From Octopus vulgaris (Eukaryota): a stretch of 64,000 bases of DNA. Position 1 is the stretch's first letter; each line of letters begins with the position of its first letter. Shown here piece after piece: positions 11,171 to 24,452 of this stretch. The stretch is taken from NCBI GenBank assembly GCA_951406725.2, contig OX597822.1, forward strand, positions 2,480,001 through 2,544,000, in the 5' to 3' direction. Position numbers and translations under genes: made by a program. The notes under the pieces are model-generated. The model saw nothing but the letters and a program-made list of their open reading frames with translations. It was not told the origin of the DNA and ran no database searches.

Positions 11171-11493
11171 ATTATTATCATTATTATTATTATTATTTTT
11201 TTGTATTTATATTCGTATTACTTTTTGTTTTTTCTATCTATATTCGTGTAACAACGTCCGTTTATCTGTCCTTGTTTCGTATACATCCGATCCTTTTTCG
11301 AAGAAATCTAATGCTCATAGCTTAGTTTTTCCTTGGGGCTGGCCAGATCGGAGCGATCTCATGATTAATCAGCCGAAATTGCGAGGATGATCCGGTTCTT
11401 GACTGAAGATTAGAGGCTCCGAATGACCCGTCCGTTTTTTGTGTCGTCTATTTGAATGTTTTGCGTTTTTTTTCCCATTTTGTATTTTTATAT

Positions 11494-11530
<37 letters not shown>

Positions 11531-11534
<4 letters not shown>

Positions 11535-11710
11535 CATAAGGGACGTGATGGCGTCAGCCCTCCTAGTGACGTTGATGATCGCCTGGGGCTAAATGCATCA
11601 GTAACACCCCCCACCGCCCTGCCCTGTCCCTAGCCACATTCAGATGGCTAACGTCCCTTATGTTATGGAGCAGTTACTGTCTATATCTCGTTTAGAGAAT
11701 TATTATTGCT
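11531..11710. repeat. Short insertion between (TA)n tracts with a perfect 16-bp inverted repeat
   Basis: ATAACATAAGGGACGT (11531-11546) and ACGTCCCTTATGTTAT (11651-11666). Confidence 0.55.
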
Positions 11711-11767
11711 ATATATATATATATATATAGATATATATATATATATATATATGTATATAGTCTTTTA

Positions 11768-12150
11768 CTTTTTTATTTGTTTCAGTCATTTGACTGCGGC
11801 CATGCTGGAGCACCGCCTTTAGTCGAGCAAATCGACCCCAGGACTTATTCTTTGTAAGCCCAGTACTTATTCTATCGGTCTCTTTTGCCGAACCGCTAAG
11901 TGACGGGGACGTAAACACACCAGCATCGGTTGTCAAGCAATGCTAGGGGGACAAACACAGACACACAAACATACACACACACATATATATATATACATAC
12001 ATATATACGACGCGCTTCTTTCAGTTTCCGTCTACCAAATCCACTCACAAGGCATTGGTCGGCCCGGGGCTATAGCAGAGAACACTTGCCCAAGATGCCA
12101 CGCAGTGAGACTGAACCCGGAACCATGTGGTTGGTAAGCAAGCTACTTAC

Positions 12151-12152
<2 letters not shown>
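11768..12152 (-). mobile_element. SINE family B
   Basis: Near-identical to the 5454-5865 copy. Confidence 0.85.
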
Positions 12153-12233
<81 letters not shown>

Positions 12234-12622
12234 TTATGCGTGTGTGTGTGTGTGTGTGTTTTCTGTTTACTCTAACGTGCGTATATGTCCGTAAGCGCAC
12301 GTGAGTTTCCATGTGTTTTGTTCATGTTTTCTTCTTTTCCTCTTGCTTCTCATTACTTATAAAACAACGAATATTAAAGGTTGCTGAAAGGGATGTCTGC
12401 CTACTCATGGATTTTACATAATGTTGTGTAAGACTTCTCGTATTGTATTTCAAGTAGAGAGAGAAAGAAAGAGAGAGAAAGAAAGAGAGAGATGGTGAGT
12501 CTGTGTCTACGGCTTGACGTCGGACATTATCATTCATTGTCAGACGATTGTTTACCGAAACGAGTTTCATACTGATATATATATGTTTGATCTCAGGAAT
12601 ACTTCATCCATATGTATGTATG

Positions 12623-12667
<45 letters not shown>

Positions 12668-12726
12668 AAATGTGCGTGTATGTGTGTGTATATGTGTGTG
12701 TATGTATACATTTTTATGCATATATA

Positions 12727-12773
<47 letters not shown>

Positions 12774-12829
12774 TTATTTATAAATACTTAATCATACAGA
12801 TACATGTTTACTTATTGCTATATACATTC

Positions 12830-12924
<95 letters not shown>

Positions 12925-13480
12925 TGTGTGTGTGTTTGTGTGTGTGTGTGCGTGTGTGTATTATCTATCTATCTCTCTATATATATACATACATATGTAT
13001 GCATATAATGCAAACTAATCTATCTTCCCCATTCTCCCTTCCCCTCGCTCTCTTTCTCACTCTCTCTCTCCCTCTCTCTTACTCTGTCTCTCTCGCTGTC
13101 TCTCTTTGTATTATATAAATCTATAAATGTGCAATTTTGTGTATTTGTTTATGTGAGTGTGTATGGATGCGTGCGTATTAATTTGTGTGCGTATGATAAT
13201 GGTAATATGTACTTTTTTGTTCTCCTATGTTTACTATGAGACATTTTGTATGATTGTTTTTATATATTTATTTATTTTCTCTTTCGCTTTTCTTTTTTTG
13301 TTCTATCTTTTGTGATGTTTGTGTTGCTATGTTGCAACGTATTTCGTCATTCTGAAATAGCTTTATAAACTCGCTATTGATTAAGAGTGTGCAACTCTGT
13401 ATCACACACCGAGCAAGTTCCACTGAAAAATACAAGAAAACAACACAGCAAAAATCCAAACAGGGAATATATATAAATAC

Positions 13481-13814
13481 GGCGCGTGACTCAGTGGTTA
13501 GAGCGTCGAGCTTACGATCGTGAGGTTGTGAGCTCGAATCCCGGACCGGGCTGCGTGTTGTGTTCTTGAGCAAGACACTTTATTTCACGTTGCTCCAGTT
13601 AACTCAGTTGTAGAAATGAGTAGCGATGTCACAGGTGCCAAGCTGCATCGGCCCCTTTGCCTTTCCCTTGGAATAACACTGTGGCGTGGAGGAGGGGAGG
13701 CCGGTATGTATGGGCGACTACTGGTCTTCCATAAAAACAACCTTGCTCAGACTTGTGCCTCAGAGGGTAACTCTCTAGGTGCAAACCCATGGTCAGTGTC
13801 TGACCGAAGGGGGT

Positions 13815-13815
<1 letters not shown>
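13481..13815 (+). mobile_element. SINE family C (tRNA-derived, CORE-like)
   Basis: GGCGCGTGACTCAGTGGTTAGAGCG (A box), AGCTCGAATCCC (B box), CORE-like TTGTGTTCTTGAGCAAGACACTTTATTTCAC. Confidence 0.75.
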
Positions 13816-13874
<59 letters not shown>

Positions 13875-13885
13875 TCTTTACTCGT

Positions 13886-14100
13886 TTACTTGTTTCAGTC
13901 ACCTGCCCGTGGCCATGCTGGAGTGCCGCCTTTAGTCGACCCCAGGACTTATTCTTTGTAAGCCTAGTATTTATTCTATCGGTCTCTTTTGTCGAACCGC
14001 TAAGTTATGGGGGACGTAAACACACCAGCATTGGTTGTCAAGCTATGGTGGGGTGGGGACAAACACAGACAGACAAACATATACACACACATACATACAT

Positions 14101-14134
<34 letters not shown>

Positions 14135-14238
14135 TACGGGCTTCTTTCAGTTTCCGTCTACCAAATCCAGTCACAAGGACTGAACCTGGAACCATGTGGA
14201 TTGTAAGCAAGCTACGTACCACACAGCCACTCCTACAC
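13886..14238 (-). mobile_element. SINE family B with internal deletion
   Basis: Family B tail, body and head in reverse complement. Confidence 0.8.
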
Positions 14239-14301
14239 TTATAATATATATAAATATTATTGGCGTAGGAGTGGATGTGTGGTAAGTAGCTTGCTTACGA
14301 T

Positions 14302-14335
<34 letters not shown>

Positions 14336-14429
14336 GGATTCACGTTCCTGTTCGTCGGACAATCGAGATGAATATTCGTATGCCTTCGGGTAATATTTTT
14401 CTACCTTGTTTTGCATTTATGTACTTACT

Positions 14430-14468
<39 letters not shown>

Positions 14469-15127
14469 TTGTGTGTATGTGTGTGTGTATGAATGTATGT
14501 ATGTATACTATAAAATAACTGAATATTATATGTTTTTCCAAAGGGTTCCTGGCTCTGTTTGTGGTTGCTGTCGACATTTATTGACATTTATTTCGATGTC
14601 TGTCTAAGCAGATTCTTGATCAGCCGGGTGCGATTTGAGTAAAATTTTCCTACCCTTTCTGGCAAGCTGAGTGACTGCGAATTGCTTTCCCCTTTTTATT
14701 GCGTAATCAGAAGGAAACAGGTTCATTTCTCGTGAGTTTTCAAGCTTTTAATACGAGACCTCAAGAAATAGATGAGGGGAAGTAGAGGAAGAAACCAAGA
14801 TATATTGGTCTTGACAGTTTGCAGCGTCGAAGAGAATATTTATGACAGAGTGGACTCTCTTAATAGTACCGAAGGGTGTGGCTGATGATATGATTAGGAA
14901 ATCAGGTAACAGGTTAGTTTTGTAGTCCTACTGATAGACACTATTGTGGTTTGCGTATATTTAATTTAACGTATGCGACTTTGGGTGACACGAAAATATG
15001 GCAAAGCACACAGCTGTTAAAGGTAGCACAATGCAGGACTGGAGAAAGGTGACTGGGGAAAGGTGTTCATGGGGAAAAAAGGGGGAAAGTGTTTGACAGA
15101 GAAACAAATATATTTATAATCATAAAA

Positions 15128-15158
<31 letters not shown>

Positions 15159-15483
15159 TGTATGAATGTATGTTTGTATCTATCTAACTATCTAGCCGTC
15201 CATCCATCCATCCATCCATCCATCCATCCATCCATCCATTCATCAATCTATCCATCCATCCATCCATCCATTCATTCATCAATCTATGTCTGTCTGCTTG
15301 TCCGTCTGTTTGTCTGTCTGCCTGTCTGTGTGTCTCTCTAATCTATCTATCTGTTCATCACATAAAAATACATAAAAAATATACACTTTCATATATGAAT
15401 GTGTACGTACGTATGTATATACGTATGTATGTATGTATGTATGTATGTATGTATGTACGTATGTATGTAAGTTCGTATGTCTG

Positions 15484-15885
15484 TATGACTGTGGTCATGC
15501 TGGAGCACCGCCGTTAGTCGAGCAAATCGACTCCAGGACTTATTCTTTTGTAAGCCTACTACATATTCTATCGGTCTCTTTTGACGAACCGCTAAGTTAC
15601 GGGGACGTAAACACACCAGCTTCGGTTGTCAAGCGATGTTGGGGGGAGGGAACAAACACAGATACACAAACATATACACACACATACATACATACATGCA
15701 TACATACATACATATACATATACATATATACGACGGGCTTCTTTCAGTTTCCGTCTACCAAATCCAGTCACAAGGCTTTGGTTGGCCCGAAGCTATAGTA
15801 GAAGACGCCCAAGTTGCAACGCAGTGAGACTGAACCCGGAACCATGTGGTTGGTAAGCAAGCTACTTACCACACAGCCACTCATG
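15484..15885 (-). mobile_element. SINE family B
   Basis: Family B tail, body and head in reverse complement. Confidence 0.8.
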
Positions 15886-16517
15886 CATATGTAAATTTCA
15901 TTCTCTCTAGTACTCACATCTTTCACCCGGACAGCAACAAAATAATCCCCTTGTTCTGTCTCAAAGTATCTACCATTCTGATGCTACCTTCCAAAATTCT
16001 CCAATCACCAAATTCTCCAGTGTATCTATTTCCGCATCGTGGTATTTTATCCAACTCCACTCTTGATCTCCTCACTACAAACTCACTCGTTACCAAATTA
16101 TCTCTGTTCTCCAAGGATGCGAACGCTCGCCCTTTAATTTATCGTGACATCACAGTGCACATCCACATTTATAGACTTTTCCAGCTCTTCCTGGACAGTC
16201 TAGCACTTAAAATCGTTTAACTAGTGGGAGCTTCGCCAATTCTAAATTAGCTATCCTGTGATGCACACGACTTTCACCCCAAACCAATAGTTACATGGAG
16301 AATTGAAACCAGCTTTAAATTCTACACATAATATAAGCACACTGGTTTTATGCAAATAATACCAAAACATCATTCACCCTTAAATTTCCACAGACATGCA
16401 TCATTAAATTTTAATTTAGATTTCTCACAAACACATTAGGTTGACCATCAACAGACAGCATGTCTCCATCCGTTGTTCATGAAATATAAATATCTATATA
16501 TATTTAGCGAGAGAGAT

Positions 16518-16672
<155 letters not shown>

Positions 16673-16702
16673 CAGAAAGAGAGAAAGTGAGACAGACAGA
16701 CA

Positions 16703-17277
16703 GAGGCGAGCTGGCAGAAACGTTAGCACGCCGGGCGAAATGCGTAGCCGTATTTCGTCTGCCTTTACGTTCTGAGTTCAAATTCCGCCGAGGTCGACTT
16801 TGCCTTTCATCATTTCGGGATCGATTAAATAAGTACCAGTTACGCACTAGGGTACATATAATCGACTTAATCCGTCTGTCTGTCCTCGTTTGTCCTCTCT
16901 GTGTTTAGCCCCTTGTGGGTAGTAAAGCAATAGGTATTTCGTCTGCCGCTACGTTGAGTTCAAATTCCGCCTAGGTCGACTTTGTCTTTCATCCTTTCAG
17001 GGTCGATAAATTAAGTACCAGTTACGCATTGGGGTCGATGTAATCGACTTAATCCGTTTGTCTGTCCTTGTTTGTCCCCTCTGTGTTTAGCCCCTTGTGG
17101 GTAGTAAAGAAATAGGTATTTCGTATGGAGCTACTTTCTGAGTTCAAATTCCACCGAGGTCGACTTTTCCTTTCATCCTTTTGGGGTCGATAAATTAAGT
17201 ACCAGTTATGCATTGGGGTCGATGTCATCGACTAGTCCACACCCCACAAATTTCAGGTTTTGTGCCTTTAGTAGAAA
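16703..17277 (+). mobile_element. SINE family A tandem trimer
   Basis: One complete head followed by units of about 185 bp that restart at GTATTTCGT after the tail TTTAGCCCCTTGTGGGTAGTAAAG.AATAG. Confidence 0.85.
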
Positions 17278-17326
17278 TTATATATATACAGACATGCATA
17301 TCTATCTATCTATTTATCTGTTCATC

Positions 17327-17416
<90 letters not shown>

Positions 17417-17660
17417 CATATATATATATATATATATATAATACATATACACACATTTACTATTCTTAGACAAGAATATTGTTGAAAATGATAGTGGCTC
17501 CGAATTTTCAGCCAGGTAAGCAATCGCACACACACACATACATACGCATATACATACATACATACATACATACACACACACACGCACATATATGTATGTA
17601 TATGTATATATATACACACACATATATATATACACTCATATATATGCATATATATATGTA

Positions 17661-17733
<73 letters not shown>

Positions 17734-17738
17734 TGTAT

Positions 17739-17769
<31 letters not shown>

Positions 17770-18169
17770 TATACATATACCGATATATACATGTATACGT
17801 AGTCACACTCACTCACATACGCAGATACATACATTACACACACACACACACACACACACACGCATGCACTCATATATATTCTTGTGTACATACATTCATT
17901 TCAATCATTTACTTATGGGCTGATATACATTTATCTTTAGAAACATCATTCACGCTAAATTTCGAGATTCCGAATCAACGATATGCATCTATTACTTCCA
18001 AACCGCTAACATTCCTATTCTCGAACTATACTTTTTTCTTTCACTCATATATTTCTCTCAACCAAACCCTTAATACACAAAGTCTTAGGTTTTCAGTGGA
18101 GATTTATGATACTTTCACTCGGTGTTCAACTGAAAAAAATTTGGAGCATTCCTTTTCTTTTTTATTGGT

Positions 18170-18565
18170 GTCAACAAAATAAATGTCTTCTCTTCGATTT
18201 TGCCACCTGTAATAAAGCAATGTGAGGTAAAATAAATGGAGAAACAGTAAGTTGACAGTGACGTACAGCTTTCGCAATAGCAACCATTGAAACATCGCAT
18301 ATGATTAGCAAACTGTACAGATCAGAAAATATAGCCATATTGATTGCATTGGAGAATTCTGTAGTAAAATGTGAATCCACAATACATTGAAAATGTTACA
18401 TTTAACCAATGAATAAACTATCGAATTGCACAGTAAAGTTAAGGAAAGATGGCGTCTGAAACGATGGGAAAACAGAACAATGCAGTAAGTGATTAGAATA
18501 ACCAACCAGCTAACATATATATACGCACGTCTAGGGTAGAAATGAGGGAAAATGGTGTAAATATG
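18170..18565. repeat. Unclassified interspersed repeat of about 400 bp; inverted copy at about 32930-33330
   Basis: ACCAACCAGCTAACATATATATACGCACGTCT.GGGTAGA matches the reverse complement of TCTACCCAAGACGTGCGTATATATATGTTAGCTGGTTGGT, and similarity extends across the unit. Confidence 0.7.
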
Positions 18566-18569
18566 TTAA

Positions 18570-18822
18570 AACTGGTGTCGATATAATCGACTTAATCCGT
18601 TTGTCTGTCCTTGTTTGTCCCCTCTGTGTTTAGCTCCTTGTGGGTAGTAAATAAATAGGTATTTCCTCTATCGTTAAGTTCTGAGTTCAGATTCCGCCGA
18701 GATCGATTTTGCCTTTCTTTCTTTCGGGTTCGATTAAATAAGTACCAGTTACGCACTAGGGTCGATGTAATCGTGTTATCCCTCCCGCCAAATATCAGGC
18801 TTTGTACCTATGTTAGAAGGGA
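18570..18822 (+). mobile_element. SINE family A, 5'-truncated dimer
   Basis: Tail of one unit followed by a second unit restarting at GGTATTTC. Confidence 0.75.
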
Positions 18823-18827
18823 TTATT

Positions 18828-19514
18828 ATATGTTTGCCTTTTACTTTGTAATTGAACAAGTTGGCTCCAAGTCTCACCTAGAGACCTCAAGAGATAAGTT
18901 AGAAATTCCTGTTGGTGTTATGCCAAGGGTGTCATACTTTTGGTTTTGCTAGAATATAGTATTGTCCTAGTGAAAGTTTAAGAAAATTATGAGTTTGTTT
19001 TAAAATTTGAGATTACATAGACAGTATTTTACGTAGGATATGGGCAGATTCCATGACCACTATCTTTTGAATTTCTAGCATTTTGGGGTTTCCTGCTATC
19101 TGAGCTGGGTAGCAATCAGCCCCTTTTGCTATCATTCCTAGAGCAAATATGACAACAGATACTGTTTTAGTCTAGAGGTTACACATTTTGCCAATTTCTA
19201 TTTCAAGATCTTTATACTTGCTCAGTTTTTGGTAGGTCTTGATAGATACATTTATGTCGATTGGGACAATCATATCAATGAGTAGGCATGATTTTTGTCT
19301 GAAATCTTACAATATAATGTCTGGCCTATTCACATCTATCTTTCTGTCAGTTTGAACGGTGGAGTTTCAGAGGAATGAGATGTGATCATTTTCAAGCACT
19401 GGAGGTGGTTTGTGTTCCCACTAGTTTTTGTCATGGAGCAGGTTAGGTTTTTGAAAATTACCCAGTGAATATATTGTGCTTCTCTGTCATGCCTGCTGAG
19501 ATACTCTGTAGGCA
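18828..19514 (-). mobile_element. 5'-truncated R4/Dong-type LINE end encoding a decayed restriction-like endonuclease
   Basis: Minus-strand translation EYLSRHDREAQYIHW...TVQTDRKIDVNRPDIIL*DFRQKSCLLIDMIVP...YQKLSKYKDLEIEI shows the RHD and PD..D motifs of RLE non-LTR elements; flanked by ATT repeats. Confidence 0.8.
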
Positions 19515-19570
19515 TTATTATTATTACTACTATTATTTTTATTATTATAATCACTAGTATTATTATTATT

Positions 19571-19826
19571 GAGTGAGAGAATAGTGCATGCCATCCAAGT
19601 GACACTGGGGTAAAATATACGTAGCTCAATATAACCACCGTAACTACCCGTATGATAAGGTTACACCAGGCAGTGCATCACATCCATACGTGCGCGACAT
19701 GGTGATCTCATATCAAGATAAACAACGCATAAACTTTTATACCAAGACAAAACAATGTACATAACAATTCCAATCAGTTAAGATGAGAAGCCACGAGGGT
19801 CAGTGCCTGGTATTGCATCAGGGCAT
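19571..19826 (-). mobile_element. Internally deleted copy of the 4818-5353 element
   Basis: GAGTGAGAGA..AGTGCATGCCATC..AGTGACACTGGGGTAAAATATACG is the reverse complement of the end of the first copy. Confidence 0.75.
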
Positions 19827-19839
19827 TCTTCTTCTTCTT

Positions 19840-19870
<31 letters not shown>

Positions 19871-19879
19871 TTATTATTA

Positions 19880-19941
<62 letters not shown>

Positions 19942-20499
19942 GTTATTTTTATTTCCATTTTGAACCAGTACATTGTATTTTGATTCTTCTTTCTTTCAGC
20001 TTCACAGTAATTACTCTAACCAGGCAGCTATGCTGTGGCAATGATCATTCCATTTAAGAATTTGTACCGATAAAATATTTGTGATAAATTATTGACAATT
20101 CCTTGGGCTGTTACCTTCAGACATTCATATTTAGAATTTTATTTGGTAGATTTTCGACTTTTGCTTTCTTTGTATTATGGCTGATCGACTGTCCTGTAAT
20201 TATAAAGTTCTTATAATTACAGAGAAAATTCTTAAATCCATATTCCATAACTTCCACGTCTTTTTACTTTCAGTTCTTTGAGTTCGGAAACTGATTCATC
20301 TTTTTCTTTACTTTTAACATTTTGTGTGACGTACCAGCCGCATCAATAACTGTTCAATCTGATTGAGTATATTGTTTTTCAAGTGACTTATTTCTTTTTT
20401 AATCATAGACAAATTTTTCACTAGTCAAAATCTTACTCTCGTGTACACTTGCAGCTTTTACCTAATATACACATACCTATATACATACATTCATACATA

Positions 20500-21284
20500 T
20501 CGAGAAGCATTACTTGATCGGGATAAGCTCTACATGCACGGTTCGAAACACACCAGACCGCCTTGCCCGAGATGTGGTCAGAGCGACAAAACCGTTCTGC
20601 ATGTACTCGTGCAGTGTCCAACCATTTCGGATCTGTGGGCTTATTCCGAACGGCTGCTGTCACGTGTGGGACGAGTCCGCTTGTCGGCCGAGTCTATCGT
20701 GAGAATTGCTCCGCCCCCTTCCCTCAACCGGGAAGGCAAGGCAGTCTTCATCGTACTGGCTATGGTGAAAGAATATGTGTGGTGGACTTGAGCGAAAAGA
20801 TTAGAGATAAACACCTCTGTGGCCAATCGCTCATCAACTTTTTCAAGTACCACTTGAAAAGGAAGGTGCGAATAGAGAGGCAGGTTTTGTCTCGTGAAAG
20901 TTTCAAAATAAAAGTGGGTGAATGCAGCAAAGATGGTGCGTGCGAGCGACGAAACCGCTTTGAGCATGATCCTGTAACTAGAAAAGAGAGAGAGTCAGAG
21001 ATCACTTTGCTCTCATGTGTTTATTCCCTCCCTGCCTGAGTTTATGGCGGCCTTTTTCGTAGGCTTTCCTTTCCATGGATAAACCTAATCTTGCTTCTTA
21101 CATTTCAAAAATTTCTTCCATGATACACGATCCCTTTTGATCGCTGTTTTACCCCCGACCCTTTTGATCTGAATTTTACTTATTCTCTGTTTTTTTCCTC
21201 CTTTTTTCTTTTTCATTTTCGAAAAAAAGCCCTACATTTGTATTTGTCCCTTCTGTGTTCAGCCCTGTGTGGCCAATAAAGAAA
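20500..21284 (+). mobile_element. 5'-truncated Tx1/L1-type LINE 3' end
   Basis: CPRCGQSDKTVLHVLVQC (CCHC, zf-RVT-like) ...DLW... followed by FFKYHLKRKVR in a shifted frame, a pyrimidine-rich 3' UTR and AATAAA before (TATG)n. Confidence 0.75.
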
Positions 21285-21445
21285 GTTATGTATGTATGTA
21301 TGTATGTATGTATGTATGTATGTATGTATGTATGTATGTATGTATGTATGTATGCATGTATGTATGTATGTATGTATGTATCTATCTATCTATCTATCTA
21401 TATCTATCTGTCTATCTCTACTTACCTACCTACCTACCTACCTAC

Positions 21446-21477
<32 letters not shown>

Positions 21478-21521
21478 ATCTATCTGTCTATCTCTACCTA
21501 CCTACCTACCTACCTACCTAC

Positions 21522-21564
<43 letters not shown>

Positions 21565-22051
21565 CCTATCTATCTTGATTCAGAAAGACTGTAAAATACA
21601 TTCACTGTATTGAAGAGTCTGCATTTAAGAGTTCAATTATTAACACGTTGTTAAGCTCCAATGCATTTTTACAATGTAATAAACATCGGCTGAATATATT
21701 TGCATTCATATATTTATATTTATGTATGTTGTATGTATGTATGTATGTTTGCATGTATGTATGTATACACAACCCATTGACATGTGTTTGTGTATGTGTG
21801 TTTGTATACACTGAATCGCCTAAAATTATAGTTGAGAGCCACCTGTTTTGTATAGTAAAAGCTACAAAAACGTTAATATATCAAATAACTTCTAATTGAA
21901 TTGTCATCTACAGCTGTTGCTATAATTTATTTAATAATATAATTAACATTCATAACTAATTAATTTTAATGCGATGGATTACCTCTTTCTGAGGAAATAC
22001 AGAGGAAAAGATGCGTATGTGTGTACATCTGAGTGCGTGTGTGTGTGCAGG

Positions 22052-22096
<45 letters not shown>

Positions 22097-22109
22097 TCTT
22101 TTACTCTAT

Positions 22110-22310
22110 TTTACAAGTTTCAGTCATTTGAGAGTGGCCATGCTGGAGCACCACTTTTCGTCGAACAAATTGACCCCAGGACTTATTCTTTGTAAGTCTA
22201 GTACTTATTCTATCGGTCTCTTTTGCCGAAGCGCTAAGTTACGGGGACGTAAACACACCAGCCTCGGTTGTCAAGCAATGTTGGTGGGAACAAACACAGG
22301 CACACACACA
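22110..22310 (-). mobile_element. SINE family B, 3' half
   Basis: GTTTCAGTCATTTGA...GGCCATGCTGGAGCACC...GGGGACGTAAACACACCAGC. Confidence 0.75.
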
Positions 22311-22376
22311 GACACATATATATATATACACACACAGACACATATATACATACATACATATATATACATATATATG

Positions 22377-22421
<45 letters not shown>

Positions 22422-22985
22422 TTCGTACCAGGCGTTCTCTCCACATCGTTCACACTTTCGCCTGACTCGAAAGTTGCAGCCCCAATCGTCATCTATAATC
22501 GTTAGAATTAAAAGCTATTCAAATTCGATGTTTTTCTTGAAACAATAAATTTCAATTAAGATTAGGATTTAAATTCAAACCTATGAAAACTTTCGTTTCT
22601 ACAATATTCTTAAAGGAACGAAAAATTATCCAGCTACTCGGGCTAATACGAACGAACCTGGCAGGTGCAAAAGAATAACTGGTATCTCTTCTTAAGGGTC
22701 CAGGCGACAGTCAGATCGTTGATGTTTCTTGTGGGCTCCGCTGTCGTTATTTCATTGCTGTAACTCTGTGCGTCTTTGTGTAAAGATCAGTTGTGATTTG
22801 CAGCGATGCTATATTTTTACCCTTAACTTAGAAATACAGAAAGACATAGTGCTAGATATATAATTTGGGGCTAGAAATAAAGCGGCAAAACGTGACATTC
22901 TTTTGTCTTATGCGAAGCCTATGATAAACCCGAGTGAAGTTGATAATCTAGCATCACCTCTGATACACACACACACATACACACA

Positions 22986-23047
<62 letters not shown>

Positions 23048-23109
23048 CATAAATACTGCTTACATACATATTTATGTATGCATAAACATACATACATTTT
23101 TATTTATAG

Positions 23110-23214
<105 letters not shown>

Positions 23215-23231
23215 CATGTATATTATATATG

Positions 23232-23262
<31 letters not shown>

Positions 23263-23452
23263 ATATATATATATACATATATACGAGCGAGTGGACAAAC
23301 GAAGGATGAGGGCACTCAATATATTTATTAGGAGTTACATGTATTATTCATAATTTGATTTGAATTCCCTGCTACTTAAACATTTGCGGGCCCCTAACGG
23401 ACCCTATATCCTGAAGCCAGTGAAATGTAGTTGTGAAGCAAATATGTAGGTA

Positions 23453-23514
<62 letters not shown>

Positions 23515-23685
23515 ATATTAGGGAATAAATCCAAATTTACAGGGAAAAAATCAGATTTAGGATTAAATCCAATTTTATAGTAAAATATTATATAATATTA
23601 ATTCGAGAAAAACCACTATTTTGCAAAACAAACAAGGAAAGACTTAATCAATACATAAAAATTTTTAATATAAAGAAATAAACCG

Positions 23686-23728
23686 CCACTACAATCGTTT
23701 CATGTCTTCAATGACATTCGTCAGGTGG
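23686..23728 (-). ncRNA. Type I hammerhead ribozyme (left arm)
   Basis: Exact reverse complement of 23794-23836. Confidence 0.85.
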
Positions 23729-23793
23729 ATTTTCGATCTCCTAATCTGTTTTAATTTATGAAGTAAATTAAAACAGATTAGGAGATCGAAAAT

Positions 23794-23836
23794 CCACCTG
23801 ACGAATGTCATTGAAGACATGAAACGATTGTAGTGG
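23794..23836 (+). ncRNA. Type I hammerhead ribozyme (right arm)
   Basis: CCAC-CTGACGA-ATGTC-ATTGAA-GACAT-GAAA-CGATTG-TA-GTGG: perfect core, stems I and II, GUA cleavage triplet. Confidence 0.88.
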
Positions 23837-24159
23837 CGGTTTATTTCTTTATATTAAAAATTTTTATGTATTGATTAAGTCTTTCCTTGTTTGTTTTGCA
23901 AAATAGTGGTTTTGTCTCGAATTAATATTATATATATATATATATAGTATATATATTGATAAAGGGCAACAACCCTGATACATGTCTGCAGATGTCTGAC
24001 TAGCAAGGTGAAGCGGCTGACCTCCCCTGTTCGAAGGTTGTAATGGACGCAGATTCGTGTGTCATATAGCTAGGTAGAGGCGATGGCCTCTTGGAGCTAA
24101 TCAGCGACAGCTTTAGTCTTATATTTATAGACTACCATATTAGTATGGCGATAACTATA

Positions 24160-24199
<40 letters not shown>

Positions 24200-24276
24200 C
24201 TGAGCGCCATACTAATACATTTGTTTGCTTTACTCCACCTGCCTTCGTCTTTTGTTTATTTTCCTAAACCTTCCTG

Positions 24277-24325
<49 letters not shown>

Positions 24326-24381
24326 AATATATACTATATATATACTATATATATAGTATATATATATAGTATATGTATATA

Positions 24382-24431
<50 letters not shown>

Positions 24432-24452
24432 TATATACATATAGTATATGAC

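Larger units (their letters stand above)
23589..23934. mobile_element. Near-perfect palindrome (arms of about 170 bp, 5-nt loop) of a Penelope-like pLTR fragment
   Basis: Symmetric about position 23761 (TTAATTTA-TGAAG-TAAATTAA); one hammerhead per arm; microsatellite flanks. Confidence 0.85.

Noticed and set aside
14530-15110. Possible third, highly decayed Tx1-type fragment
   Set aside because: Only faint similarity (DLKK*MR versus HLKRKVR); not supportable by eye.
16703-17277. Regularly spaced repeats that might suggest a CRISPR-like array
   Set aside because: The units are whole SINE bodies of about 185 bp without unique spacers; eukaryotic context and no cas genes.
19780-19826. Possible HDV-like ribozyme at the end of the AAT-associated element
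   Set aside because: I could not build the P1/P2/P3 nested pseudoknot from either copy.
23370-23420. Minus-strand hairpin GGGTCC/GGGCCC with hammerhead-like spacing
   Set aside because: The core reads CAGGATA and GCAAA, too far from consensus to call.
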